Of a stretch of DNA of 64,000 nucleotides, positions 24,291 through 39,400 are shown one piece after another. Below the pieces are notes generated by a model. It did no database searches and was not told where the DNA came from. It saw only the letters and a program-made list of their open reading frames with translations. Source of the DNA: Ginglymostoma cirratum (Eukaryota); contig JAHRHZ010000012.1 in assembly GCA_024137785.1 (NCBI GenBank), positions 51,174,104 to 51,238,103 of the forward strand, written 5' to 3'. The position numbers were made by a program, and so were the translations under genes. Numbering within the stretch: position 1 is the stretch's first letter; each line of letters opens with the position of its first letter.

Positions 24291-27200
24291 TTGTCCTTAA
24301 GTTCATTTTTCTACATAAAAGTAAAACTCAGAGTAGCACCAAGAATCAGTCATTATGTCATGCAGATGGGTGCTTTTCCAACATCTTAATTAGAAAGCAG
24401 AAAAGATTGGGACAATTACCCACAAGACATTGCAGTTAACACATACTAATTGACTCTTTGTGCATGCCAGGTCATTCTTGCATTCTGTCAGGCACTGTAT
24501 GTAAAGGCAATGATGCGAGCCACCTGCTTTTCTCAACGTACTAAAACATGCTGTCGCTTATGAAATTATTGTTGTTTGACATTTAAAATGGGGCATTAAT
24601 CACAGTTAATTATATGACATAGTGCAACACATGCCAGAGGCCAGTTGCAAAACTAGCTACTGTGGGTGATTTAAAGGTAAAATGAAGTGCCTTTAGTGGA
24701 TATTTTGACTTGTAATCACTGCTTATGCAGAACAGTCATCTAAGGTGACAATATGTTAAGAATTATTAGGAGGGAGACTCTGTCTTGCAAGCTGAAACAC
24801 ACCTGAATGACTTGACGGTCTGGAAAATACTTTGACCAGTATTACAACGATTAGTGAAATATATTAGGTTTTTTTTGGAGAGTAAGACATTACATACTTC
24901 TGAATGGGAGGATTTAAACAAATTTTAACTTTAGGCATGTTAATAGATGGTCATAAATATGTACAGATCCATGAATTTCAAAATGGGATTAGACAAAATT
25001 TCCCTCAAGTTGTAAAATAAGACCCCTTGCTCCCACCCACTGGTAAAATAAACCTTTACATGCAGCTGAGAGTCCAATCTGTATTTATAAGACCCTAGAG
25101 ATAATAGAAGGGTTCTATGTGCGCTATTTTCTGAATCTTCATGGACCACTTGCTAAACCATGTAGGCACCTTTAAATGATTTTTGAGAGAAGGAGGAGAG
25201 AATAACAGACTTGAGCTGATTAGCTTTGCATATAAAGGACAAGCAGATGGTGGAGGAGGCAAAATATTACTGCAGCATGTCTGCATCTATATAATGTTTA
25301 CTTACATCTGAATACACTATAGGAAGTTGCCACTTATTTAAATTTTGCAGCTGCTACCTCCTTCCAGTCCCACTCTTTCTGCTTTGCATAGGTAGAATTA
25401 CACTGTCAGGGCAAAGGTTTCACTTTTTGTTACTGGAAAGTATTAATAAACCACTAATTGCTGCCATTATCACTGTTTTTGCAAAAAATACGAAGAGTTT
25501 CCAATTTAAAATGCTTGTACATTGTCTAAAAGCCAGTTCATTTCCATTATGTTCCAAAAGTAGTCACATGAATGGGACAAATTAATCAAATTTAAGACAA
25601 GAATAGAAGGTTTTCAGCAGCTAAATACTTGTGAAAGCAATTCTTGAAACGAGGGCGAGGACCCGTCAAATACACATAAAAAATGGTTTCTTTATTAAGT
25701 CCATGGAATTGTGTTGCTTGACCAAGTCTGTGTGCCACCATTGAATGGGGAACAAGGCAGTAGGCTGTGCTTGGAGACATTTCCCCCCACCCCAACTGAT
25801 GCTGCTGTGACTATGAACGAACCTCTTGCTGAGCGGGAGTCGGAGGTTGAAGTGCAGTGTCAGCTGACAAGTTTGCTTTGTAACGATGGCAGTGGCCTAT
25901 TCAAAGACAGAGGTGAAAAATAAACTTCTACCAGCAGATGCGGGAAGGCCACTAATGGCATTTGTGACAAGGAGATCTTGCTCTGAAAGTTCAGGGACAT
26001 AACTAAAACTGTTATACTTCTGTAACTTACTATCTCTTTTGTGATTATTAGTAACGACTAAAGAGCAATGATTATTTTGTGCCGATCAATGAGGTAGCTT
26101 TCATTTAAATTTAGCTGGGATCCTTTTGTATAACTATTTAAACAATTTAGCAGAAATGTATGAAAGGAGGAAACAAATGAATGTTAAACACAAATTAAAT
26201 AAATCACTTAAACAAGGATGAATTCTGGTGGACAAAGTAATATGATATGTGAAATCCTTACTAACTGAAGAACATGATCCATGTAAAAATGGTTATTTTA
26301 GTTTTTGCTCTTTTAGACTGTTCTTTGACTATCTTTATTTAGCCACTATTCTGAATGCTGTCAATCTGTCAGAGATATGGCTTCATGAGATTTAAATGCA
26401 CCTGATACATGTTCTGGAGTTATACTGTCATATCTTTACAGATCAATGAGTTGAGAACAATAATACAGGGATATAATGAACCATAAGCATTCACAGAAAG
26501 AATAAAATAATGCCTATCTGTTATGTAATTTCAGAAAGACTTCCTTCCTTAACGTCCTTTATCACAATTCAGAAATACCTCAAAATATCTCAAGCATTTG
26601 ATGACTGTCGCTATGTGGCAGGTGCTGCGTCCAACTCGATGACATCAGAGTTGAGAGACCAGTTAACCTGTTTGATGGTACTGATTGACAGAGAGTTACG
26701 AACTAGAAAATCTCCTTGGTCATTTCCAAGCAGTACTGGGTGATCTTGTCTGTTTGAACAAGTCCTGCTTGCTGACAGAATATCAGCAAATAACTTGAAT
26801 TGTGCCAAAATCATTTATATCCAGCAAAAGTAACCACTTCGTAGCACAGTATTGCTGTGCTTCTCTTTGCTTTCCACCTCCATCCCTAACCTGCACTGTC
26901 ATGCAATTTACGTAGGTCAGCCGGGCTTTGTGATGGTGCTAACAGATTTTTAGGTCTCTTTGATTATCAGCTCCAAATATGCAAAGAACTCACCACAAAC
27001 CATGAATTTGGTCACCTTGCAGACTACCTCTGTTGGTTGGTTGGTTGGATGGCTTGCTTCCTCTGTTCACTTGATGAAAGTAGTCACAGCAAAATGAACA
27101 TCAATGCATTTTGTAATCTTCCTTTTAGTCAAGGCATTTTGTTTGCCAGCTTACATTTTGGTACTCATTCTGCGAGCTTTGTGACTTGCTGAGATATGTA

Positions 27201-27768
27201 CTATATTTACTTTGTTATGATGTGTTGCTGTTTCAAATTTGAATAAATCTGCCAGAAATACAACCTCCACTTTCTTTTCATATTTTGTGATTTGTTTTCC
27301 TAATGCAAAACCCTCAGTGAACCACTGAACAAATCAAGAAGTAATCTGGAGAGTGGGGATGGTCTGTTTCTGCCAAATATGTTACACGGTTTTATTTATT
27401 TCAGAAATTTAGGATTGCAAACTTTCCCCTGCTACCTCATGCATGAAATTATTTCCACTTGCGTGCACAAAGTTTTGGTTTTATATTTAAACAAAAAATG
27501 ATGCAATACAATCAAAAATGATAATAATAGGTGGTGTTGCCTATATTCTTTTATTATTGGTTGATGGGACAGCAGTCACAATGAGCTTTCTGCCCATGCT
27601 GTGACTGTTTAGTGGCCAAATGTTGCTCATGTTTGGCTTGAGGCAGCTACCTGGAATGGCCTGCATACCTTTGCTAAGCCCTGTTTCATTTTTATATTGC
27701 TCTGACAGCTGAACATGACAAAACATTTAATCACAAGTGTTTGAAGCTGAGCAGAATATGCGTGCCTT

Positions 27769-28244
27769 CAGAAATTTTATATTCTCCCATGCATGATGGG
27801 AGAGCAGTTCAAGTGGAGAACGTTGATTGATGCTCCCCCCATTTTTACCTTGCATTGTATCTGTTGAAGGGCCAGTGAGGAGATCTGAGCTTTATTTTGC
27901 CTCCAATGACAGTTCTTAGAACCAGCAAAATTTCAGATGGCAAGAACTTGGCAATTTAGATGCCCTGCCTCCTTTTATATTGCTAGTTCCCCACCCGACT
28001 CTCTCTTGTAGGGAGTGTTGTCTTCTAGTTTTACAATCGGATAAACCTATCTGAAATGCAACTTACACTACCTCTTCTCATTATATTGTGATTTGTCTTC
28101 CCTGGTGGGGCCCTCATTACACTCAAGGGCAAGCATACAAATTAACAGTTTCCCTGCCATATGTATACTTTTAGCAGGGGCAGGAGCTGGTGGGGAGAAG
28201 ATACACCATGTCCAAACCTGACAATGGGGAAGCATATAATCCAG
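27769..28244. mobile_element. possible old MITE
   Basis: Imperfect inverted ends (cagaaattttatattctccca / tggggaagcatataatccag) around a GC-richer interior. Confidence 0.3.
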
Positions 28245-29529
28245 TTGCAAAATTTCTGCTAGAAGCAGGCAGCATGTGTAGCTATTTGTGAACTGGGCTT
28301 CAGAGAGGCTGTGCGGCTAATTATCTGAACAAAGGCACAAGAATGAATTTACTAAAAACTTATGCAAATTGATTTCAAATACAATATTGATAACGTTACA
28401 ACAAATAATCAAGTGTATATGATAAAATCTGGTGACTTCTTTGATATCCTTCCCATCTGAGTGTCAGGTTATGAAGATTATGCTTCTTCAAAGTTACCTC
28501 ACTGCTATTCTCCAAATCTCTGAATAATATTTCTTCCTGAGAAAAGACCCAAGTTCAAAGCAGGTGCTGTTTGCATTTCATTCTGTGTTTTGAATTCTGA
28601 TGTTGAAGCTCATGCTGTTAAATGTTTGCTGCCTAAATACCCTGCTGAAAGATATTGAGATGCCACTGAGTTTTTCTGTAAATAGCAGGAAGCTTTCATA
28701 ATGGAGAAGTCTGAAAACAGAATGATTGAAGTATATCTGGCTGCAACGTAGGACAAATGATGCATCTCATGCTGGGGCAACAATAGAATCAGTTAACAGA
28801 TCTTAAGTTAAAAGAATGGCATTTATCATGAAATTATCAGACTTGAACCTTTAAATGAAGTCCTACCCCAGTCAAGATAGTACTGACTGGCAAAATTAAG
28901 CAGCTTACTCTGAAATATTTTAGGACCAAGATGGATAGTTCCAGTACTCCTGCAACGAGTGTGCCACAAGAACATTTCAGTAGCAATTGTTCTGAAGCAA
29001 AGGTTTCATGAAGGTTACTGTTTCAATCCTTCAAAGGCACATTCTGTTCAGACAACCTCATGGTCCATTTACATGCATGACTTCTTTGTTTGCTCTTTGC
29101 CAAATTCCCCTGCAATCTCTTCTCCTTCAGGAGTACCACCTGAAGATTGTTTATTAAAGAGACAATTCAGAAGATAACGTTAACTTTTCTTAATAAATGA
29201 TCCATTAAAGTGTATAATGACCTTGGTTCAGACCACTAATATCATCTCTTTTAAAAATGTGGAAATCTGAAAAGCCAGGTTTTTACGGAGAAGATGACGC
29301 CACAGTTTAAATCAAAATAACTTTCATAAATAAAATTCAAAGAACATGGATATTAGCAATTTTTGGTATGTCTTCACAAACAAACAGTTTTGGAGGGATT
29401 GTATTCTTTGGTTGCGCAGCCACTGGATGGTTAGTCAACACTATCCATGACTAGCAGCTTTCCAATAACAGATAAAATTTAAGGGTCAGTCGCTGCTGGG
29501 GACTATTTGATCCAATTCTGAGCTGAAGC

Positions 29530-30470
29530 GCTTCTTCTGTACTGTATGATTCTATGAAGATTCTTTGCATCCTCCTTGCAACTCACAATCCTGCCCAGTT
29601 TTGTGCTATCAGCAAATATGGTGGACATGTTGCATTTGGTTGTCTCATCCAAGTCATTTGTATACATCATGAATAGCTGGGCATAAGCAACAAGCCTTCC
29701 AGTAACGCATAAGTCACTGTTGGCCACTTGAAAAAGATCCATTTATTTCAATTCTGTTTCCTGCCTGTCAACCAATTCTTGATTCATGCAAATATATTAC
29801 CCCTGTACCATGTGCTTTAACTTTGCCGACTAACGCTTATGAAGGACCTATTCAATAGCTATCTGAAAATCCCCTTACCTATTCTCCTAGGTACATCTTC
29901 AAAAGGCTCCAGTATATTTGGTAAGCAACAGTTTGCCATCCAAAAACTCATGCTGACTTTATTTTCCAATCTCTTTAATAGTCACTACTGATGTTAAGCC
30001 AATTAGTATGCATTTTTTTCCTTTCTCCCTGCCTTTCAAAAAGTGGGGTTACACTTGCCACGCTTCAATCTGTTCCAGAGTCTGTAGAATTTTGGAAGAT
30101 GACCACCAATGCATCTAACATTTCCAGGAGCTCTTTCTGTAGTATTCTGGATGTAGATTAGCAGGCCCAGGTTTTTAATGTCAGCCTCCAACTATTAATT
30201 TCCATTACTAACACTGATCTCCAACAATTCCACCCTCTCACTAAACCCTTGGATCCCTAACACTTCTGGAAATCATTTGTGCCTTCTTTTGTGAAGCCAG
30301 AAGCAAAGAAGACATTGAATTCTTTGTTTCATACTAGAATTTCCCTGGTTTTTGACTGTACAGATCTACATTTGTGTTTACTAACCTTTTCTCTTTCCAT
30401 ATTTGTAGAAGCTTTTACAGTCAATTTCCAAGTTCCCTGCAATTTTATTCTCATACACTATGTTATGCCT
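29530..30470 (-). mobile_element. CR1 LINE RT fragment
   Basis: QLFMMYTNDLDETTKCNMSTIFADSTKLGRIVSCKEDAKNL (FADDTKLG motif, decayed). Confidence 0.85.
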
Positions 30471-33400
30471 CTTCCCCTTAACACAGAAATCAGAATTTAA
30501 ACTGATGTTGTTCTTACCAGCATATTTTATACACAATTGAAGGCATTAAAATCAGCTGCTAACCAATTATCTGATCATGGGCTTGAATCTCAGAGCTGTT
30601 CACAACCTTGAGATTGATACCTTTCCAATTGCAGTATATTTTGTGAGTTTTTACCCAACTATTGGATGCTGGAGCCAGTTACCAGCATGCCCGAATGCTC
30701 TACCTGGAAGCAATATTTTGTAAGCTCAAAAAGAAATAGACGTGAAAATAGGTGTGACACTTACAGTCCAAATTATTTTTCCCTTGCAAATGAATGAGAC
30801 CAAGTTATTCAAGGAATTCGATCTTCATGAAGAAAAAGCTGACAGAATTTTTTTTATGAAGGCAAGTCATTTGGTAAACAAAACTGAGCCTCTCTGGTTA
30901 TTTTTTGACACAAACCCACTCTTTATCATCTAACAATTCCAGGAATAACAGAGAAAACCCAGAGAGTCAAATGGTATGCCTCTATTTCACAGGAATACCC
31001 AGTTTAAATCAGAAAAACAAAGACCTAAATAGCGCATATTCTTTTCAAACTAGCAAATGCAGGATATATTTGAGACTTCAATCTAATGCTTACAGATCAC
31101 ATTGGTGAAAGACTTAACAAGGATTTAACATGTGACAAGCATTACAGACACAAATACTGATCAAAAGACATTAGTAATATTGCATTGGGATCACAGGAGA
31201 AAGAGTTCCAGCTTCTTCAGTATTAAACCGTATAATCTGAGCAAGCTGCACACAGTAGTAATACAATTACACCGCTAAGCAGGGCAATCTAAGCAAGGGA
31301 CTAAATGCTGTGATTGACACAAGGAGTTAGTTTATTTTTTTTCCCTACCCTTTCTTCTGCTATCTATTCAGCAGGTACACAATTGAGCACAAGATGCTGT
31401 CCGGGAATCAGTCTATTTCCCTCAGAATGCTGTATTTGAGAGTTGATAGACAATCCCCATGTCATGGGACAATAACCATGACTCCTAATACATTCCCACC
31501 ATTATCCATTGGAGATGCAAAAAAGCAGGCGAGTTACTTCTGTTGAGGCATCCACCCTCAGAACAAACTGTTCTATCTAAAGCACATATTCAGGACAGAC
31601 TCAAACAGTGGACCTTTGATCATGCTGCATTCATGCAGGAATTCCTGCCTTCCCAGTGCCCAGCTGACATCCACAGCTTCCTGAGCAAATACCCTGATTT
31701 TAATCACACTGGAGAGCTTGCTATCTGATTCATACAGAAATAACATCCCCAGGGATTCAAGCCCTTTATTTTCTTCCCACCTAATGACTTCAAAGAGTGA
31801 AGGAAAATGAACTGTTTAGGAATCAATGGAGAAATATAATAGCGAAAGTGCAATGTGAGTTCATGTGTGGACATCTCTGGCCACAGTGGTCATAGTGCTT
31901 TGTTACAGCAACTTAGTTTCTGTCTTCCTGCTGACTCCCAATAGAATAATAACTATGATGCAGACAGGCAAGCAACTCATTTTTCCCCCTATAATAGATG
32001 CCATAATTTTTAGGAGTGAACTTGGCTTTGCATTCTTAGGAGTGTTTCTGACAGGTCTTCAGAGGGTATTTATGTGATATGTTTTTAATGTAAAAAGATT
32101 CTGACAGTTTACATAAGGGATGTGACCTCATGACTGCAACCCCTGGCTCTCTGATTTTCCAGATGGAAGCAGATTAGCATCCAGCTTTCATCCTTTAACA
32201 GGAGGGGCCTTTTTCTTGTGGCGTAGCGAAGCTGGTGGAAAAAGTGATCTTCGTGACTGTATAACTCACACAAAGGCATGCATCACAAATGTCTGCTAAA
32301 GTCTATGCTTCACAAAACTCTCTTTAAAAAGAAACAAAAAAAAAGTTAATCTTTAAGTGAAAGGGTGACGGCAGAATTTAGTTCAATTCAATGCTTCCTA
32401 GAAGTTAACATGGAAATGATTCCTCCAGCCTCTTCTCCCAAAAGAAAAGGTGGGAAACTATTTCACAATAATCCCCAAAATGTACCAGAAAAAGAATAGC
32501 ATGAGAGATTTCACTTAATTCTTTCTCAAAAAAGGAAATGGTAATCGAAAGACATGGGTGGCTAATCAAAGGGGGCCAAAAGGTGAATGCACACTGTGCA
32601 AGCACATTTCCCATTTTACCCGGAGTCATAAACTGAATAATCAGATTAGAGTGAAAGAGACAAAAATGTGTGCAGGCAGGGGGAGAATGTAAGCACCATT
32701 TACTGTTTCTAGAAAAGTGATGGCAAAAAGCTGTGCATTTTACCACCTCCGCATCATGAGCAATTACCTCATCTTTCCTTAATTTCCATCACTATGGCAA
32801 TTCCTTACAGAACGGATCTTTGCTAACTAAAACTTCTCTCACTGCTACTCACCTTAAATTTATATGCATAAAACATAAACCACATTCTATTTTCCTAACT
32901 TCCAAGTGTGCGTTCTTTTGTTTATGCAGAGCATCTGCAGTGTACAAACATTAACAGCTAGTTCTGGAGAATGGTGTCACTAATAAGAACTACTGCCAAC
33001 AACATTAAAACAAGCCACTTGTTTCAGAGGCAGTGTGATGTCTAAGGAAACGTCACACAAATTCAATCCGCAGGTCAGAATGGCAAATTACATTTTGATC
33101 TTCAATCTTGAAGAGGTAGAATTCTTTCAAAAAAATGTAAAAAAATGATTTCAAAACAATCTTCAATTAGCTTTGTCAAATTTAGAAACAATTTCAAATC
33201 AAGTTGAAAATCTTCTTCAGACTCTCAGTTGGCTGTCTGTTTGGAACTAGTCCATATCTCAATCCATTTATCCACTACTGCAAGGTGCTTAAATAAGGCA
33301 GCGAAGTTATTACATTAGGTTATAACGTTGGTCACTATGTATGCCTAATAAGTGGACACTTAGTGGCAAGGCTGCAAGTTACAGATCAAAGTACTGGGAT

Positions 33401-36354
33401 CAGCAATGGCATAGACCTTTACTGAATGACACTTCAAGTTAATGAATTCCTTGTAAACCCAGTGCTTACTTGGATCAGTCAAGTGTGGCAAACTGTAGAA
33501 TTTCCTTTTTTTCCAGTTTTCAAGTTTCTTCTGAAACTGGTCTTGCTTAGAAATAACTCCACAGATTCTGACAGCTCAATCGTACCTTTTCCATATTTTA
33601 CTGGAAAGGAGACATTAAAAGATGACAAACTATTCAAATGTTGGATGACTTAACATAGCATCTGTAGATCCATACTTTGGTCCTTCATAGTTCAGCTAAT
33701 TCACTGCAGTCTGGGGAATTAATCTGGGCTTCTCATGATCTGGAGAGCTTAATCTCAGAAGGCAATGTGTTGATTCACTAAACCAATAAATGACATTTAT
33801 ATCGAGAGAGGTTTTAAAGTTCTCTCAATGCTCGAAACAAAATGCATCAGTTTAAGTGCTAAAATAATACACAAACAGTAAGGGCTACAGTTGTTTTCCT
33901 CAACTGTGCTGTCAGAATTATCAAACATCTGGTTTTGAATGGCTCTACTACTTTTTTGGTAAAAGTTCTGCTACAATCTAGTTCAAAGCCACTTTTTGAA
34001 AACAAAGTTAACCTGTTATTAATGCACATATAGCACTATTAGCTAATATTTGTTGCATAGTACTCAAATATCAAAATTACCAAGTGTACATCCCTTTAAA
34101 GAATCGAACCATTAGGTTCGAACACCAGATGAGGAGCCATATTCCAGTGAATGCCCAAGAATATCAAGTCTGAGACTGACCAAGATGTACTGCAAGCACA
34201 TCTAAGTAAACATAGCGGTGTTTTATTTTAAGAGTCATTTGAATGAAGATAGTTTATGTTTTAAAATTGCACAGGTGAGTGCCACTCCTAAAAAACCTGG
34301 GATTTGGCAGGCTTGGTGCACAGCCTGCACATTCACAGAGAAGCAGCAAGGAAAGCATGTCTGAACCATTCATTTCACATCTGTGCCAGTTAATTTTCAG
34401 AAATATATCTGATGTCGTTACTCAATGATCTTTCTGTGAATAACATGGAAATAAGCCCATCTTGCAGCTCCACAACTTTGATGGAAGCATACAAGTGTAC
34501 AGATGTTACAGATTAACAGCACAAACTGAACAGCTACAATAGGTGCATTGTTGGCAGGATTTACTTACTTTCAAGCCAGATTTTCTTATATGCTAACAAA
34601 GTACAGAGTTGATGTCCTTTCAAAACAAACTGCCACCTTTTTGAATAATGCTAAATTTAACAATCTAAAGAGCTACAGGAATTTTTAAGTAAAGACAACA
34701 CAGCAAAAGCTTAAGAAATGTTCTGAATGCAGGCTTGGGCTTGCTAAATTTAACAGACTGAGTGGATATGGACAATCTGCAATAGTATGAAATGAACGAT
34801 GCACTTGGAATAAAATCCAGGAATGATCCAAACAGGGCTGTGGTTCTACTGTCACTCATTTTTCACTAGTCAAAAAGCCAAACTGTAGCTCAGTGAGTTT
34901 CAAAATTTGGCTAAGCTGTATGGAAGAGACACTAATTTTTTTTAAGAAAGGTACATTGGTTTTCCTAAACAGGAATGAAAATACCCAGAGTGTGAGAACA
35001 ATCCTTGAAGGAGCTGCTTTTCGAATGATACTAGGTCAAAGGCACTGAAAGAGTTTACCTCCCTGATGGCTTAGCTGATAAATTATGCAAGGCTTGGAGA
35101 ATGGGAAAAAGATAATTACTGAAAGTTTTTTGTTAGAAGTCAATATCTCCTTTCCTCTTTGATAATGCTGCTGGCAACAAATTAAGATTTTTGACATGAC
35201 GATACTTGCAACTCAATTTCCTCTGTAAAGTGACAATAACGGACTCAGTTCAGAGTCAGAGCCAAAATTCTTGTTGAAATGTACCTATTTTTAAAGAGAA
35301 TTTTTTCATAAAATGCTACATTAACCGTAGTTATACATCCAAGCAATCAATAAATGGAACAAACTTTTCATAGCTTCAACATTCACTGTTAATATCAAAC
35401 ATTCCTAGTTTAGACACAGAATAGCTAGATGAAGTATACAATTCCACTTAGGTGGCCTGGTAAAATTTTGGTCTCCATGCTCCGTATAGTAGCCAGTCTA
35501 TGATTGCAGGGATTTTTCCAATTCAGGTAATCATTTCTAAATTATACTGCATTTTTTAAATGGTCAAAATCATGTGCTGTTTCTTGTATCAACCAGGAAC
35601 TAAGCCTGGACAGCGCAAACACATTTAAAGTAGAACTGCCACAGCCATCTGAAAGGAAAACTGTTCAACACATCAGTTTGAGCTGGATTCTAGGTCACCG
35701 TCCAGAGTTACATGCACTGTGTGCTACCTCAGCTACTGTCACCTGGCTAAGTAGGAGGAGATTCCAAACAACTGCTTCGAAAGACAGACAAAATGATTCA
35801 CAACACACAATGAAGAATTGTCTCAGTCTTTTCTCGTTGTGTCCAATCAAATTGTGCTTCCTGAAACCACTTCAAAATTGTCCATGAGTGTGAGTGCAGG
35901 TAGGATTCATTTTTCATCCAGTCATATTAATTTTCAATAGGTGATGTGGTCCTAAGAAATGGCACCCCGTTAGAGATCTATTAGATCAACAGTTTTAGAA
36001 AAATTAGTACTAAGGGTTAAGTGGCAGATTCAGAGCAACTTCATTCCAATATTTGATAAGGATATTGCTTTCGTTCAAATCATTACAGCCTCATCCTCTT
36101 ATGAAGGTGCAGGTTTATTTTTGGTACAGTTCATTTGAACAGCCTTGGCTGGTGAGTTGACTATTTTTGAGGAATTAAAATTGCACTCCAAGTACCCATC
36201 TCAGAATAACAAGGGAATAGAGTCAAATTCATGGAGGCCTGACAGGAGGGGATGACAGATTAGGCTTCGTTCACATTGCAGATGCCAGGGTAGTTAAGGC
36301 AAAATTGTTTTAGCCCACCTGCTGGCTGGGAAATAAGTGAAAAGTAACACTTAC

Positions 36355-36477
36355 TCATTTACAGGGATTCTTCCCTGTGTATTCAGAAAATAAACAACTC
36401 GCTGAGAGATAGATTGGCTTCTAGTCACTAGACTAACAGCAGCAGGATCTGTGGTGCCAAGGATCAGCAGGCAACCA
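36355..36477 (-). other. candidate isolated exon (123 nt, symmetric phase 2)
   Basis: Acceptor tttgcctttctcttcctcag, donor GA|gtaagt, one open frame (GCLLILGTTDPAAVSLVTRSQSISQRVVYFLNTQGRIPVN); peptide not recognised. Confidence 0.2.
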
Positions 36478-39400
36478 CTGAGGAAGAGAAAGGCAAATGA
36501 AAGCCAGACAACTGCTCCAGCTAGACAATACAATGTGTCATGGTAAACAAAACATTTAGAATTAGCTCCTTCAATAGCTTGAAGACTAAGAAAGTTCAAA
36601 AAATGTTGGACTAAAAACTAATATTGGAGCATGTATGAAGGTAAGTGGAGAGCAATTTAATTGTTCAGAAGATGATTTAGCGACAATAATAAATGTACTT
36701 CTATGCAAAGACTCCTACTCTCCTGAGTTAGACTTGTAACCATGTTTAAAGAGAGTAAAAGAATGCCTGAAATATCTGCATTTAAATTCAATTTATTACA
36801 CAAATATGATTCTCTTCTTACACACATCAGCTTCCCCTTCATCTACCTTTTGGCATTCTCCAGTGCTGGTTAAGCTAATTCATGTTTTGTGTGCTTATTT
36901 AAGACTTCAAACGAAAATGTCACAAAGATTTCAAACAATTCTCTGTTTTTTTTAAAATATCTGCTTGTACTGGAAAACTATTTATTAAGGTCTTTAAAGA
37001 TTTGCATTGTCAGAAAAGTAAGTTAGAGGCCAACTAGAATTCCACTGGTTCTCTGGATTGACCTTCTGACTATATCAACATCCAGGTTGGTTCTGTACTT
37101 GCCAAAAACAGTCCCAATCCTTCCTTTAATTTAAACTTCCTTTGGTTGAAATAGTGTGTGCAGAGTTTCCCAGTCACTTTAAACATTAAGTACCCTCTTA
37201 AACATTTCCAACTTACTTTAACAACATGAAGGAGGATTACATCCTTTTAATACAATGGCTGCTGTGACCAGGTGGGGTACATAATGGAGAAAATCCCACA
37301 TGGATTGGGGGGGAGAACAGTAGAATATACAAGCCAGAACCTCATTAACAGGAAGAAACATTTCAGAGGCAAGAAAAGACTGATTAAAGTAAGGCAATGT
37401 GTGTGTTTAATTTATCCCGAATTCAGTCTCAACTGAACTGCAATCTAAAAGTTCAAGGTGGGATTTTCTCTCCATTAAGGTGTTTCTATGCTGGCTCTTT
37501 AGGATGCCCTTTGCTCTTCTATAATTTGTTACAGATTGTTGCTTGTTTTCATTCGAAAGGCTGGTCAGAACCTTCTATTAGAGCCTTGTTTATTGTTTGC
37601 GTTGGTAATGGCCATTAATGCTGAAAGCGGGTGAAAGGATGTATTTCTATAGTCAGACATTTAGTACTTGTTTGATTTAGACATTCGTAATTGTGTCATT
37701 TTAATGAGGGGATATCCAAAAGGCTGGACAAGTTTGTTTGAAAATGTTTCTTTCAAATTCTCGAAATTTATACCAATTTATAATGTTTTTCTTTCCTTAC
37801 AGAACTCTCATACGTCTGCACATAGCAGCTCAGAAGCATTGAAAAGTTAAACAATTAACGCCTTGTCAGCCAATATGTTTATTGGGAGCAAACTGTGGAC
37901 TAGGAATCCAGCGCTTTGTGCTGTGAATGCAGGTGGTCATTTTAAGCAGCTTCTTGTGAGAGAACCCATTGATCTACAGAAAAGAAAATTCTAACTCAAT
38001 TCAAATTAACTGCTGATCTGACAGTGCTCTCAATATTAGAACAGTCAGTCACATCGAGAAATAAACAAACTGCCTGCTTGGCAGAATCCAACATGGCGCC
38101 AGATATCAAGCCCATGGTGGTCTCTCCCTCAATCCCATTTGAAGTATTTAATCTGGGAATGGTCTTTACGAAAGCTTTACCGTTTAATCTCTTCAAAGAA
38201 AATGCTGAGACAGTCATGGCAGACTCTTCTGTAGCCAAGCAGTTGCGTTGCCCATAATGCAAGATGCCTTGATCCCATAGACTCAGCAGGGAAGCCCAGT
38301 TCGATGGGAGCACAGGTGGGAGGTCAGCCTACAACAAAGGAAGTCTTGATTCGGTGATCCATGGTCATGTTGAGTGACAGCACAGGATCACCCCTGCAGG
38401 GTCATCAATTGTTTTTCTCACCCTGTTTTAAGGCAAGTGAGCGAACTATATAAATGAAAACTGTTGTTTTCCATTTAAGGTTCTCAAACCAGCACCGTTG
38501 CTCAGCCATTACATTGCATAGGTAACGTGTACCGAACTTCTGTGTAGGTTGAGACTCAAGTGTTGTTGTTGAATTGTAGGGGTGGGGGGTAATATCTTTT
38601 TTTAAATAGCTGACAAAGGAATTTTTGATATAAGATTCTAAAGTATTTATTACTAAATTCACACAATGTAATTTCAGTCCCCAAGGCCTTTACAATGTAC
38701 TTGCCCTTACAGTCATTGCACCAGGTTTCAATAAGTAATTTGTTCTTGCAGACACTTGGGCAAGGTATTGATCAGCAATGGCCTGTTGCCTTCTTAACAA
38801 GGCAATAATGGTTCCTGCTCCTGAATTCATATGTCACTACAATTGTACAAGGTACAGTTAACAGCAAAATTCATGCCGACCTGCTTAAGGAGCTTACAGC
38901 TTGCAGCCTAAAGCACAAGGCTATTCACAGCCAATGTCTTCTAGTCTCCCATTTTCAACATTGAGTGTGTAGAAAATAGGGCATGTTGACACTGTCCTAT
39001 AGAGGGTGGAACAACGCTTTAATTGTTGGGCACATTATTTTTTAAATCGGGGCCCAGATATGGTAGGCTGCTTCTAGCATTAAGAAAGAGCTGGAAAGAC
39101 TCCTCAAACAAGGAACATCAGCCTCCATTGCTTGGTATCAACTTGTAAACATTCAGCAATGCTGTAATTTGATCCTCTACATCCCCAGGCTATTCTCTTT
39201 AATCCTCTTTTAGTATTTCTTGTATAAAAGCACACAATCTCCTTCTAAACAACAGCGCTAAACTAATGGTTATAATCTGCAGAATCTGGTCAAGAGCTAA
39301 ATTATAGCACTTTGACATTGCTGCACTGGGTTCAAGAGAGCATTGTGATGTCAGTTCCAAGTACCATTTTCCTCACTTACATTGCACCAGCTGCATTCTA

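Noticed and set aside
27455-27469. 15-mer CCACTTGCGTGCACA repeated at 55705-55719 (contains an XRE-like TTGCGTG)
   Set aside because: One exact 15-mer pair is within chance for 64 kb and the flanks do not align.
37996-38330. Overlapping ORFs on both strands with a minus-strand acceptor
   Set aside because: No recognisable peptide and no good donor.
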